This document shows, one piece after another, positions 1 through 8,723 of a DNA stretch of 64,000 bases. A model generated the notes under the pieces. It had not been told where the DNA came from, searched no databases, and was given only the letters and a program-made list of their open reading frames with translations. The position numbers and the translations under genes are program-made. Location of the stretch: the sequence record MF459647.1. The stretch is one strand, 5' to 3'. The stretch's first letter is position 1. Each line of letters opens with the position of its first letter.

Positions 1-1
1 T

Positions 2-349
2 CTACCAAAAGGGAAGTACCACTGTACTGTCATTTATGACAAACGTGAGGAACTTGATAAGCCGCTGTGCGACATCGACCCTGAGCAAGTCTTTGAAGCA
101 CACGTCGTGGAGGTTAAACCACTCGGAGATGCCCTGGTCTTTACTATGACGTCTAAAGATATCTATGATGAATTTAGACGATTGCAGGAAGCCGGATATC
201 AGCACAGTTTCCCTGAGCTGTTGGTTCACATGTCAATTTGCTACGACTTCAGTGCGTACGACAAGTTGAAGGTGGAACAGTTCATGGGCCGATGGATAGG
301 CCGCAACATTCAGTTCTCTCGCGAATCGTTACAACCCGTTAAGTATTGA
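2..349 (+). CDS. Hypothetical protein, 5'-truncated by the window edge
   Basis: Frame is open from base 2 (LPKGKYHCTV...) through the 107..349 ORF; a terminator hairpin follows. Confidence 0.7.
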   Translation, partial: LPKGKYHCTVIYDKREELDKPLCDIDPEQVFEAHVVEVKPLGDALVFTMTSKDIYDEFRRLQEAGYQHSFPELLVHMSICYDFSAYDKLKVEQFMGRWIGRNIQFSRESLQPVKY

Positions 350-351
350 TG

Positions 352-388
352 CTCCCCTGCCCTCGTCCTACGGGACGGGGGTGGGGTT
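352..388 (+). terminator. GC-rich stem-loop after the first CDS
   Basis: cctcgtcc-tacg-ggacgggg, with extended flanking pairing. Confidence 0.6.
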
Positions 389-409
389 AATCTATAAGAA
401 ATTTCATCT

Positions 410-427
410 CTAAATTATTATCGTGTA
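410..427 (+). promoter_or_regulatory. Early-type phage promoter motif
   Basis: cTAAATTAT-tatcg-TGTA; same spacing as nine other intergenic copies. Confidence 0.55.
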
Positions 428-472
428 TGTAGACCACCTATATACACTTATCCAATCAAGAGGACACAAGTA

Positions 473-1042
473 ATGAAAAAGAAAGCGACACATAAATTCT
501 TCCCTAACGGTAAACAAGTGGGTGAAACCGTTTCTGCGTGTTTAAACAACATGGTGTGGGTTGCTGGGAGTCACGGCGTATTACCGCCGAACATGAATGT
601 CACTGCGCCGTTCATGCTTACCGCCACTGACCGCATGATGGTGAAGAACTCCGTGTGCAATATCTTGATCGACAATGAAGCCAGCTGGCAGTTAATTCTG
701 GTGGCCGCTTTCGACAATGCCAAATCCCGCTCTTACGTAACGGCGGATATCCATTTGAATCAATGGACCTTGGCTGAAGTTGGGCAGAAGATTATGGAAA
801 TCTGTGAAGTCACGGTTCGCAAGATGGAAGAGGTGTTCTACGGTGAAGGCGCGGTTAACCTAAACGATATTCACCACTATGGTTACATGCTGTCGCCTAC
901 GCAGGGTCTGAATACTGACGTAGTCGAAGAGCGGTTAATCGATGCGTTACAAACGGGTAGCTTTGACCACTACGACTGGAAGTCCCGTCCGGTCATTACC
1001 CCCAAAGACTTTATTGACTCTATCGCGGCTGTGAAGATTTAA
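473..1042 (+). CDS. Hypothetical protein (189 aa)
   Basis: SD-like gagga upstream; follows the promoter motif; no family recognised. Confidence 0.75.
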   Translation: MKKKATHKFFPNGKQVGETVSACLNNMVWVAGSHGVLPPNMNVTAPFMLTATDRMMVKNSVCNILIDNEASWQLILVAAFDNAKSRSYVTADIHLNQWTLAEVGQKIMEICEVTVRKMEEVFYGEGAVNLNDIHHYGYMLSPTQGLNTDVVEERLIDALQTGSFDHYDWKSRPVITPKDFIDSIAAVKI

Positions 1043-1061
1043 GATATAGAAATGTTCACGT

Positions 1062-1079
1062 CTATATAGTTAGGGTGAA
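1062..1079 (+). promoter_or_regulatory. Early-type phage promoter motif
   Basis: cTATATAGT-taggg-TGAA. Confidence 0.6.
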
Positions 1080-1175
1080 TAAGTAATACATATTTATTCT
1101 TATAATAACGATATTGACAGTTAATCTACTGGAGATAAAAATCATGGCAAAAGAAAGATTACCTGAGGTACTATT

Positions 1176-2108
1176 ATGGATTACAACATTGAGGATATTT
1201 TACCAGAACGAGTGAAGAAAAGTTGGAATGCCTTTACCCCACAAGGTCGGGCTAAGACAAGACATGATCTAATGCTTGCTTATCCTGATGATGAGATTTG
1301 GGACTATCTGGAGTATTACCGATACAATCCTTACAATAAGGAAATGGTGAACTCTCACTTCATTGAAAGAACCATTCTTATCAGTAATAAAGGCAACATT
1401 AAACGAACGACAGGCGAAAAAGTTATTCCTTGGGTTACGACTCAAGGATACTTAATAGCTTGGGCCAGAGAACAGGAATTTAGATTCTTAGTTCATCGAG
1501 CGGTTTGTTTGATGTACAACGTCGTTCCGTTAAAAATATTTGAGATTGATTACGCTTGCCTTCAGGTAAACCATTTAGATGGCGACAAGAAAAATCCTGC
1601 CGCTCTTAATCTTGAATGGTCCACACCTAAACAGAACAACCAACACGCAGTTGAAACTGGGTTGAGGGCATATAAGACGGGAATTGATAATCATCGTTCG
1701 ATACCTGTTTTAGTAACTGTTAAAATCGAAGGCCAATATAAAGACTTTAAGTTTATCATTGCAGGTACATCCGAAAGCGATGAACTAAAGTTTAATAACA
1801 ATCATCTCAAATTCATCAATGTAAAAGACAAACTGGTCAAAGGCTGTTTATTTGAAATCGCCGATGATCTAGATATTGAACTTTACAGTAATCCGATTCC
1901 GGCTGAATTGATTCAACTCATCAGAAAGTACAAAGGTAGCAGTAAGGGTCTAATTATTGGAACCAACCTTAAAACTGGTGAGACTAAAACCTTTAATGGG
2001 TTAAAAGAAATCGAAGCAGCTGGATTTAATAATGGTGAAGTTTATTCTTGTTGTAATGGTCGCCGAGAGAAACATAAAGGCTGGACCTTTAAAAGAATAG
2101 ACACCTAG
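1176..2108 (+). mobile_element. Free-standing HNH homing endonuclease (I-HmuI-like: NUMOD4-like, HNH, NUMOD1-like)
   Basis: VHRAV...VNHLDGDKKN...NLEWSTPKQNNQHA HNH core; C-terminal KTGETKTFNGLKE...VYSCCNGRREKHKGWTFK NUMOD1-type tail; AT-richer than its neighbours. Confidence 0.9.
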
Positions 2109-2119
2109 GAGATATCAAT

Positions 2120-3154
2120 ATGGCCAAGCGCGACATTAATTACGCTGTAGAACGCATCACCAATTCCTTGTCGAATGCAATGAATGGCGGTACGTCGCAA
2201 GAACAACTTCTTGCTCTGTATAAGTCTCGACTGTTTGATGAAGAGCTGGTTGACAAAGATCGTCGCAATCAGGTTCTGATGGCAGTCAATAAAGAACTCG
2301 GCATGGACATCAAGATGCGTGATGTTAAGCAAGCCGACAACACCTTACTTGAACAAGTTCTGGCTAACAGCGGTGAAACCGGGCCTGAAATTGTACAAGA
2401 GCCAAATGACCTCCCTGCTCCTACAGCAGAGTTCATTCTGGCAAACCGGGAAGAGTTCAGTGCAGCTGAAGTTACCAAAGCTGGCATCGACCTCCACTCC
2501 CACCAGGGTACTCAAGTAGCAGACGCTACAGGCCCAGTTTCTGAAGTTAAATCCGCAAACACCGTAAACACTAATTCCACTGAGGATACCGACATGACTA
2601 CCAACGCTTCTAACTCTTACAACACCACTACCTCTACTTCTGCTCAGGCTGACACCAATCACACTGCAGAAGAAGCGCTGAACAAAGGCGCTGAAACCGT
2701 TGACGAAACGCTGAAAGCTGGCGCTGAACAAGCGAAAGAAAAAGCGCAGGAAGCGACTGAGAATCTGGCTGATCCGTCCTTCATGGACAAAGTTAATTCC
2801 ATCCGTCCTGAATACCTGGCTGCAGGTGCTGCTGTAATCGGTGCAGGTGCAACTATCCTGAACGCTGACGCAGTAAACGCTTACAACCTGGCCGGCGGCG
2901 CAGCAGGCGTAGCAGCAAGCTACTTCGGCGCTAAACACTTCCTGGGTGGCCGTGAAAACAACATCGTGACCAAATCCATCGCAGTATCTGCGGGTCTGGT
3001 TACCGGTGCCGCACTGGCTCGTGCTGGCGACATGGTGCGTGACTACGTTATCGCTGGCGATGCCAACCAGGCTGCTGATGGCGAAACCGTGGTTACCATC
3101 AAACCGGTTCCGGCTCCGGCACCTGTAGTAACTGTTGAACAGCCACTGTTCTAA
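2120..3154 (+). CDS. Hypothetical protein with a low-complexity middle and a Gly/Ala-rich hydrophobic C-terminal region
   Basis: aggag SD; strongly biased codons; possible internal start at 2594. Confidence 0.8.
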   Translation: MAKRDINYAVERITNSLSNAMNGGTSQEQLLALYKSRLFDEELVDKDRRNQVLMAVNKELGMDIKMRDVKQADNTLLEQVLANSGETGPEIVQEPNDLPAPTAEFILANREEFSAAEVTKAGIDLHSHQGTQVADATGPVSEVKSANTVNTNSTEDTDMTTNASNSYNTTTSTSAQADTNHTAEEALNKGAETVDETLKAGAEQAKEKAQEATENLADPSFMDKVNSIRPEYLAAGAAVIGAGATILNADAVNAYNLAGGAAGVAASYFGAKHFLGGRENNIVTKSIAVSAGLVTGAALARAGDMVRDYVIAGDANQAADGETVVTIKPVPAPAPVVTVEQPLF

Positions 3155-3160
3155 CAGGCG

Positions 3161-3190
3161 AGGGGGAACTTCGGTTCCCCCTTAGTTTTA
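3161..3190 (+). terminator. Intrinsic terminator
   Basis: agggggaac-TTCG-gttccccct followed by a T-rich tail. Confidence 0.85.
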
Positions 3191-3243
3191 CCCCGACTAT
3201 TTAAAATTTATTAGATTGACGTTTTTCTTTAAAGGGTTGAATC

Positions 3244-3645
3244 ATGAAAAAGTTTATCGCTCCACTTGTTGCTGTTCTGCTGTCTGCTTGCGTTGCCCAA
3301 CCGAAGCCTGCGGTAGAAGTTACCTATGAGTGCTCCAACTTCACCATGGGTCGTATCACCTCCCTGACTGAAGCGCCGGCACCGTCAAAGATTATTCCGG
3401 TTAAGCAGGTTGTTGTTCAGAACGATGAAGGTTACTTCATTCCGAAAGGTGGTGCGTTCGAACGTGACCGTTACTACTTCTGGTTCAATGAAGACGCCAA
3501 CACACAGAAAGCCGTCAGTGGCAAATTGGCCATGACTGAAAAAGATAACAACTTTGTTATCTATGCTTTCCGTACTCCGTACAACGGCACCAACCCGCAG
3601 GACGTTGTGGGTTACATGGCGCTGATGAACTGCGTGAAGAAATAA
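3244..3645 (+). CDS. Predicted lipoprotein
   Basis: MKK, hydrophobic stretch and LLSA-C lipobox. Confidence 0.75.
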   Translation: MKKFIAPLVAVLLSACVAQPKPAVEVTYECSNFTMGRITSLTEAPAPSKIIPVKQVVVQNDEGYFIPKGGAFERDRYYFWFNEDANTQKAVSGKLAMTEKDNNFVIYAFRTPYNGTNPQDVVGYMALMNCVKK

Positions 3646-3669
3646 CCTAGTGGGCTGGATATCCAGCCC

Positions 3670-3883
3670 CTATAGAAAAGTGAAAACCATTGCCATGGTT
3701 TTAACCCAACTGGTAAGAGTCCTTTGGACCGCCTCCTGTTCGAGGCCATTTTTCTATAGTCACCTCGTTAATGCCAACACATCTGATACGTAGATGCCTT
3801 AGGAATCCTTTCTGATTCCGGGAGAAAAAGGAATTTCTCCTTCTTTTTATTCCGTGGCCTTCCCGTAGTTATCTACGGGAGGG
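3670..3883 (+). ncRNA. Candidate structured non-coding RNA or cis-element (unclassified)
   Basis: 13-bp closing stem 3670-3682/3747-3759 encloses three hairpins; four further hairpins follow; no ORF; strand assumed from context. Confidence 0.4.
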
Positions 3884-3928
3884 TCCATACTACAACAATC
3901 ATTTTTATTTTTGTAAGGAAACCGTTTC

Positions 3929-4564
3929 ATGTCTACTCCTGCCGTTACGCCCATTGCCGAAGCCATCAGTGACGTTCTGTGGCCGGACAGTATTCTGATT
4001 GACTTTGAATCGTGCAGTCTCCAGCCTGACAGTGCATTACTTAGCTTTGGGGCATTGGCCTTTAACCGACATCAGGTTGCCAGTGTGTCGCATTACGCCA
4101 ACATCCCTGAGATGATGATTAACATCAACCTCGACCTCACCACTCAATTCCTGCAAGGGTTTGATTTTGATAAAGAAACTGCTAAATGGTGGCGGGAAAA
4201 GAACGGACACAACATCAAAGGGCTGTACATTGATCGTGTGGAACTGATTGACATGGTGACCCAACTGAACACGCTGTTGGCCACGGTGAAGAAGAACTGC
4301 AAAGACGTGGCTTTCTTCTGTCGTCATCCGCATGCTGACTATGTATGGTTGCGTACTGTGTGTGAACGCTTAGGGGTACGTAATCCCATCAGCTACAACC
4401 GCATCTATGACGTAGCGACTTATGTGTTCAGTCGTACCGATAACCTGCGTGGGGTTTATGAACTGGATACACCGCGCAGCAGTTTCCACCATGCGTTCAA
4501 TGATTGCTACCGGGATGCATTACAGGTTGCTACTGTTAACGAAAGGAAGATACTCGATGTCTAA
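3929..4564 (+). CDS. DEDDh 3'-5' exonuclease (RNase T / Rv2179c-like exoribonuclease)
   Basis: ILIDFES ExoI motif, ADYVWL ExoII, HHAFND ExoIII. Confidence 0.8.
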   Translation: MSTPAVTPIAEAISDVLWPDSILIDFESCSLQPDSALLSFGALAFNRHQVASVSHYANIPEMMININLDLTTQFLQGFDFDKETAKWWREKNGHNIKGLYIDRVELIDMVTQLNTLLATVKKNCKDVAFFCRHPHADYVWLRTVCERLGVRNPISYNRIYDVATYVFSRTDNLRGVYELDTPRSSFHHAFNDCYRDALQVATVNERKILDV

Positions 4565-5015
4565 GATTGCGTACATGACCTATCTGGTGAATGAGATACC
4601 AATCGTGTTTCATTCTGCGCTTATGTCGTTGGCTAAGGAGCTCGTAGCATATGAGCAACAGCTTACGATGGATGTGCTGGGAAAACAGCGTCACATGGTT
4701 CCTGTGAACTCTGTGAAGGACTTCTTCATTGAAGACAGTGTGGTTGTGGTGGCCTTTAATGAGCGGGAAGAATTACCGGTTGGGTTCTGTAGCTATTGGG
4801 CAGAACCGACCCAGGGTCGGTTGATTATCGACACGGTTTACGTTGCTCCTGCTTACCGTCAGCAGGGCATTGCCAGAACCATGTTAGCAGGACCCCTGGA
4901 CATGGGGTTCTCACTCATTGACATTCACGCCATGGCGAATAACCCCGCAGCGTTAAAACTGTATACGTCATTAGGATTTAAACCCTATATTACCACGATG
5001 ACGAAAGTAAATTAA
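4557..5015 (+). CDS. GNAT acetyltransferase
   Basis: IDTVYVAPAYRQQGIARTML motif A and N..ALKLYTSLGF motif B; start moved to ATG 4557 (SD aaaggaag). Confidence 0.85.
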   Translation: MSKIAYMTYLVNEIPIVFHSALMSLAKELVAYEQQLTMDVLGKQRHMVPVNSVKDFFIEDSVVVVAFNEREELPVGFCSYWAEPTQGRLIIDTVYVAPAYRQQGIARTMLAGPLDMGFSLIDIHAMANNPAALKLYTSLGFKPYITTMTKVN

Positions 5016-5041
5016 TCTTTTCATTTAAGGAGACATTCCAC

Positions 5042-5530
5042 ATGTCCAACAGCTTAAGACTTGATTCCTCTGTTCCACTGGTTATTTACATGGCCAATAA
5101 GGCTATCCTGGCAAACCATCATCCCGTTTATGAACAGTTGTTAGAAAGAGGGATTATGGATTGGCGGACGACGCTTGATACCGAAGGGTTAGAGGATATC
5201 GGGATGATTTACCCGTTCTTTAACTGTCGTGACCACAATTTCGAAAAGCTTGGGGTGGTGTATCATGCCGACCAGCTGCCGAAAGAAATGTTTTCCAAGT
5301 ACGACGCCCTTACCGACATGGTTATCATTACCAAAGAAACCCTTCTGACCATGCTCGACTTCATGATGAAGCCCGAACACAATCGCGATGATTTTACCGG
5401 TGAGTACGTCAGCACACAGCATCAAATTTTCCGCGACTACCTTAACGCGGTTACTTTCGATGATAACACCATTTTGGTGGCGCTGATTAACGACGGGTAC
5501 GACTTCACTAAAGAACCGAACGATTATTAG
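5042..5530 (+). CDS. Hypothetical protein
   Basis: aaggag SD; tiles the + strand run. Confidence 0.75.
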   Translation: MSNSLRLDSSVPLVIYMANKAILANHHPVYEQLLERGIMDWRTTLDTEGLEDIGMIYPFFNCRDHNFEKLGVVYHADQLPKEMFSKYDALTDMVIITKETLLTMLDFMMKPEHNRDDFTGEYVSTQHQIFRDYLNAVTFDDNTILVALINDGYDFTKEPNDY

Positions 5531-5539
5531 GAGAACGTC

Positions 5540-5911
5540 ATGGCAACACGTATTTTTGCAGGTAGCATTGATTTAGTTACGGTGTCGTTAAACGAACGTC
5601 TGCAGCCCATGTTAAAAGGTCAGGTCATTGACTGGTTTAGCTACACCAAAGAATCAGGCTCTCAGGTTGAGTACGTCTGGGACGGTCCGGCTGTGGTTAC
5701 CATTTGGGATTTGATTGTTTCAGCCAAACCCAATATTGGTAGTGGTGACGACGATGACGGGTTTATTCTCACCGAAGAAGAGGTAAAGGGATTCATTGCA
5801 GACGGACTGGAGCAAACCACTGGGTTTGTTCGTAACAAGTTCCTGAAACTCGAATCATTGGTAGGTCGCTTTGATTTTGACAAGCACTGTCTGGTCTTCT
5901 TCTTTTCTTAA
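5540..5911 (+). CDS. Hypothetical protein
   Basis: aggag SD; tiles the run. Confidence 0.75.
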   Translation: MATRIFAGSIDLVTVSLNERLQPMLKGQVIDWFSYTKESGSQVEYVWDGPAVVTIWDLIVSAKPNIGSGDDDDGFILTEEEVKGFIADGLEQTTGFVRNKFLKLESLVGRFDFDKHCLVFFFS

Positions 5912-5925
5912 TAATAGGTAACAAA

Positions 5926-6099
5926 ATGAAAACTGATATTAACTCGCTGCACGGCGATCAACGTATGGACCAACTGGTACGCAACGGCGAACCGGTCGTG
6001 ATATCTAAAACCAAACTACTGGTGATTGCCCTGGTAGCTTTCCTGACAGGGATGTGCTTTGGTGCGGCTTTCATGTTGGAATACATTCCATGGTTATGA
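5926..6099 (+). CDS. Small membrane protein (57 aa; absent from the ORF track)
   Basis: MKTDINSLHG...KLLVIALVAFLTGMCFGAAFMLEYIPWL; ATGA overlap with the next ORF. Confidence 0.65.
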   Translation: MKTDINSLHGDQRMDQLVRNGEPVVISKTKLLVIALVAFLTGMCFGAAFMLEYIPWL

Positions 6100-6329
6100 A
6101 GAAAAGCGCTCTGTCGATATCAGTGTCGTTACATCTGAGCGGAACATTGGGATTAAAACCCATCTCTCATAATCCTTACCTGTATGGTGGTTGGCGTTTG
6201 CTGCCCGACGTGGAGACTACAACGATATATCAAAAACCCAACTCGGTTTATGAAAACGTTGTGCATGCCCACTTAACAGCAAACATGATACCGAAGGAAA
6301 ATATTCCTAGAGTGAGAATTGTGAAATAA
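6096..6329 (+). CDS. Hypothetical protein
   Basis: Start at 6096 by ATGA coupling to the previous ORF. Confidence 0.55.
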   Translation: MKKSALSISVSLHLSGTLGLKPISHNPYLYGGWRLLPDVETTTIYQKPNSVYENVVHAHLTANMIPKENIPRVRIVK

Positions 6330-6395
6330 GTGATCCTGTTACTTTTTACAAAACAATATATACTTTGTTCACTTACAACTTTTTAGGGAATACTT

Positions 6396-6746
6396 GTGGG
6401 AACTTTTTCTGTTTATTTTGCGGCCAGCCCAATTAAGTTTCTGATTGGGTTGGTGCTGTTGGTGATATTCCTTGTCTCCTTTATCCGTGGCAAGCAAGTG
6501 GCCTGGAAAAGAATGGGGTTGAAGCGGGATACTCGTTTCTATATCTCAGCAGCACTGGTTCTACTGTACTTTGCTTTGGGGTTTAACATCGGACATCGAC
6601 AAGCCGATTTACACCGCGAGCAATTTGACACACCGATGGCTACCACAGCGCCGGCATTACCTGCAGAAAGGTCGATTGAAAAACCTGATGCAAAAGCACT
6701 CTTTAAAACTGAGTTAGAAAACATTAAAAAGGAAAACGCACAGTGA
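6396..6746 (+). CDS. Two-TM membrane protein, partner of the SPFH gene
   Basis: Two hydrophobic segments; GTGA overlap with the next CDS. Confidence 0.7.
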   Translation: MGTFSVYFAASPIKFLIGLVLLVIFLVSFIRGKQVAWKRMGLKRDTRFYISAALVLLYFALGFNIGHRQADLHREQFDTPMATTAPALPAERSIEKPDAKALFKTELENIKKENAQ

Positions 6747-7612
6747 AACGTGTTATCGTACTTATTGGTTTAATCTTTGCTTCTATTCTTCTCTCCGGCT
6801 GCGGTGAGGTTGTTGAACCCGGCTTCAAAGCCAAGTTCCTCAGCCGCGACGGGTATTCTCCGGAAATCAAAGAGTCCGGTCGTTACAACGTCTTCTTATG
6901 GGAAGAGTTGGTCTTCCTGGAAACGTCCACCAAAACGGTTTCTGTTCCGCTGACGGTAAAAATGGCCGACGGCCTTGATCTGAAGTTTAACATTAACTTC
7001 CGTACCCGTATCGGTGGGAACGACAAAGTCCTGAACGCCATGTTCAACGATGTTAAAGTCGATGTCGATGAAAAAGACCGGAAAGTCATCACGTTAGACA
7101 AAGTATTTAACATCTACGGCAGTGACGTGGTCAGTAACGTTGGCCGGTCGGTGCTGGGTAAATACAAAGTGGAAGAAGTCGCCAAGAAATATGACGACAT
7201 CAACAAACAACTTCAGGTTAAACTCAGTGAAGCCATGAAGAACAATCCGCTGGAAGTCTCTAATGTCACCCTGGCGGATGTGGCCTGGCCGAAAGTTATC
7301 ACCGACGCGATTGAGAAACAATCCGAACGTGAGCTGGCGCTAAAAACCGAAGAGAACCAACAAGCTATCGAAATGGTGAAACGCACAAACCAGTTGAGAC
7401 TGGCAGAAGCCGACCGGGAAATTGAACTCACCAAAGCCCGTACGCTGCGCGATCAAAACGCCATTACCAACGAAGGCTTAAGCGATAAACTCCTGGCTTA
7501 CAAAGCACTGGAAGTTCAGGAGAAAATGGCAGAAAACAAAGCCGCCGTCTTTGTGCCTTACGAAGCGTTGAATGCGCCAGGGTTATCTAACCGCATCTTT
7601 AACAACAAGTAA
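6743..7612 (+). CDS. SPFH / Band 7 (prohibitin-like) lipoprotein
   Basis: LLSG-C lipobox; TVKMADGLDLKFNINFR, VTLADVAWPKVITDAIE and a C-terminal coiled coil typical of SPFH. Confidence 0.85.
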   Translation: MKRVIVLIGLIFASILLSGCGEVVEPGFKAKFLSRDGYSPEIKESGRYNVFLWEELVFLETSTKTVSVPLTVKMADGLDLKFNINFRTRIGGNDKVLNAMFNDVKVDVDEKDRKVITLDKVFNIYGSDVVSNVGRSVLGKYKVEEVAKKYDDINKQLQVKLSEAMKNNPLEVSNVTLADVAWPKVITDAIEKQSERELALKTEENQQAIEMVKRTNQLRLAEADREIELTKARTLRDQNAITNEGLSDKLLAYKALEVQEKMAENKAAVFVPYEALNAPGLSNRIFNNK

Positions 7613-7619
7613 TTCGGTG

Positions 7620-7650
7620 TCCTCCTGTTTCGGCAGGAGGATTCTTTTCT
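7620..7650 (+). terminator. Intrinsic terminator
   Basis: tcctcctgt-TTCG-gcaggagga followed by ttcttttct. Confidence 0.8.
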
Positions 7651-7708
7651 TTGAAGTTGAGTAATCGAAAACAAAGAAAAGCATAACCGCACTTATTAAG
7701 GATAAGCA

Positions 7709-8038
7709 ATGCAGCATATCACTAACTTATTAACACAACACCAACTCAACACTATTTGCGACAACAACGTATTGTACGCAGAACTTGCACGATTGACTCA
7801 GGAAGACCCGGTGTTTATCGCCTGTCAGGGTTACCCTGGTGGTACTGTGATTGCCAACAAGAAAGGCAGTGTGCGTCTGGACGGTATTCATATCCGTTTA
7901 GGTGAGCGTTTTCTGACGGCAACCAAGGTTTCCGCACCGGCGGCAGTTCCTTCGGTAACCGTGCAACAAAAAGAAGTGGGCGTAGCGAAAAAGAAAAAAC
8001 CACTGGTTCGCAAAGCCAAAAAGGGAAAACGTAAATGA
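7709..8038 (+). CDS. Hypothetical protein with a Lys-rich C-terminus
   Basis: taagga SD; KKKKPLVRKAKKGKRK tail. Confidence 0.7.
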   Translation: MQHITNLLTQHQLNTICDNNVLYAELARLTQEDPVFIACQGYPGGTVIANKKGSVRLDGIHIRLGERFLTATKVSAPAAVPSVTVQQKEVGVAKKKKPLVRKAKKGKRK

Positions 8039-8067
8039 AACCAATCTTTAATCGTAAGGGTTAATCC

Positions 8068-8715
8068 ATGAGCCACTCGCTTTCTATTTCTACTGACGGA
8101 ACAGTCATCACGCTGACCCGCAACGGTCAGAAGTTCGAACTCATTCTCGAAAAACAAAAAATCATGATCGCCGATAAACCGGTGCGTGCTACGCTGACGC
8201 ATAACGACAAAATCATGTGTCGTATGCCGTGTGTAACCGAAGACCCGATTAAAACGCTGGTCATGGCTTACCGCATGATGAAGTGCGGCGTTATCGGTTA
8301 CGACCGTAATGGTTGCTGGGATCCGCTGGCCGATTTCCGGATGGCTGTCAATCAGTTCACCAAACACGATATTCAAATGAGTGCGTGGATTGAAGACGAA
8401 GACGAAAACTCCAACCGTAACTTCTACAAGCTGCCGTTCTCTAATGGCCTGCTGGCGGTAGAAAGCGTGCTGGACGGCCGTAAGTACAGTGTTCGCCAGG
8501 AATGCTCACCGACCTCTAACCAGATGTATTGTGTGAAGCTGGTGTTCTGTCCGCACAGCGTATATCCGTTACAGCCGGGTTACGTTGAGCAAACCATTGA
8601 AGCGCGCATGTGGTACTCTGACAGTCGTATTCTGCCGGACGCCGAAGCGATGATTGCCCAGTACGTCAAAGCCCGTAAATACCCTCACCCTGAATACGAA
8701 GCAGAACCTGCATAA
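8068..8715 (+). CDS. Hypothetical protein
   Basis: Tiles the run; biased codons. Confidence 0.75.
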   Translation: MSHSLSISTDGTVITLTRNGQKFELILEKQKIMIADKPVRATLTHNDKIMCRMPCVTEDPIKTLVMAYRMMKCGVIGYDRNGCWDPLADFRMAVNQFTKHDIQMSAWIEDEDENSNRNFYKLPFSNGLLAVESVLDGRKYSVRQECSPTSNQMYCVKLVFCPHSVYPLQPGYVEQTIEARMWYSDSRILPDAEAMIAQYVKARKYPHPEYEAEPA

Positions 8716-8723
8716 GGCCCACC

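Noticed and set aside
1144-2120. Second group I intron around the HNH gene
   Set aside because: No P4/P7 core and only 11 nt between the HNH stop and the next start, leaving no room for a ribozyme
3731-3759. tRNA gene suggested by GTTCGA and a cloverleaf-like fold
   Set aside because: The arm is 5 bp with a 6-nt loop rather than a T-loop of the TTCRAnt type; the 13-bp closing stem, absent D-loop GG, absent 7-nt anticodon loop and absent CCA do not fit. Kept only as an unclassified structured element.
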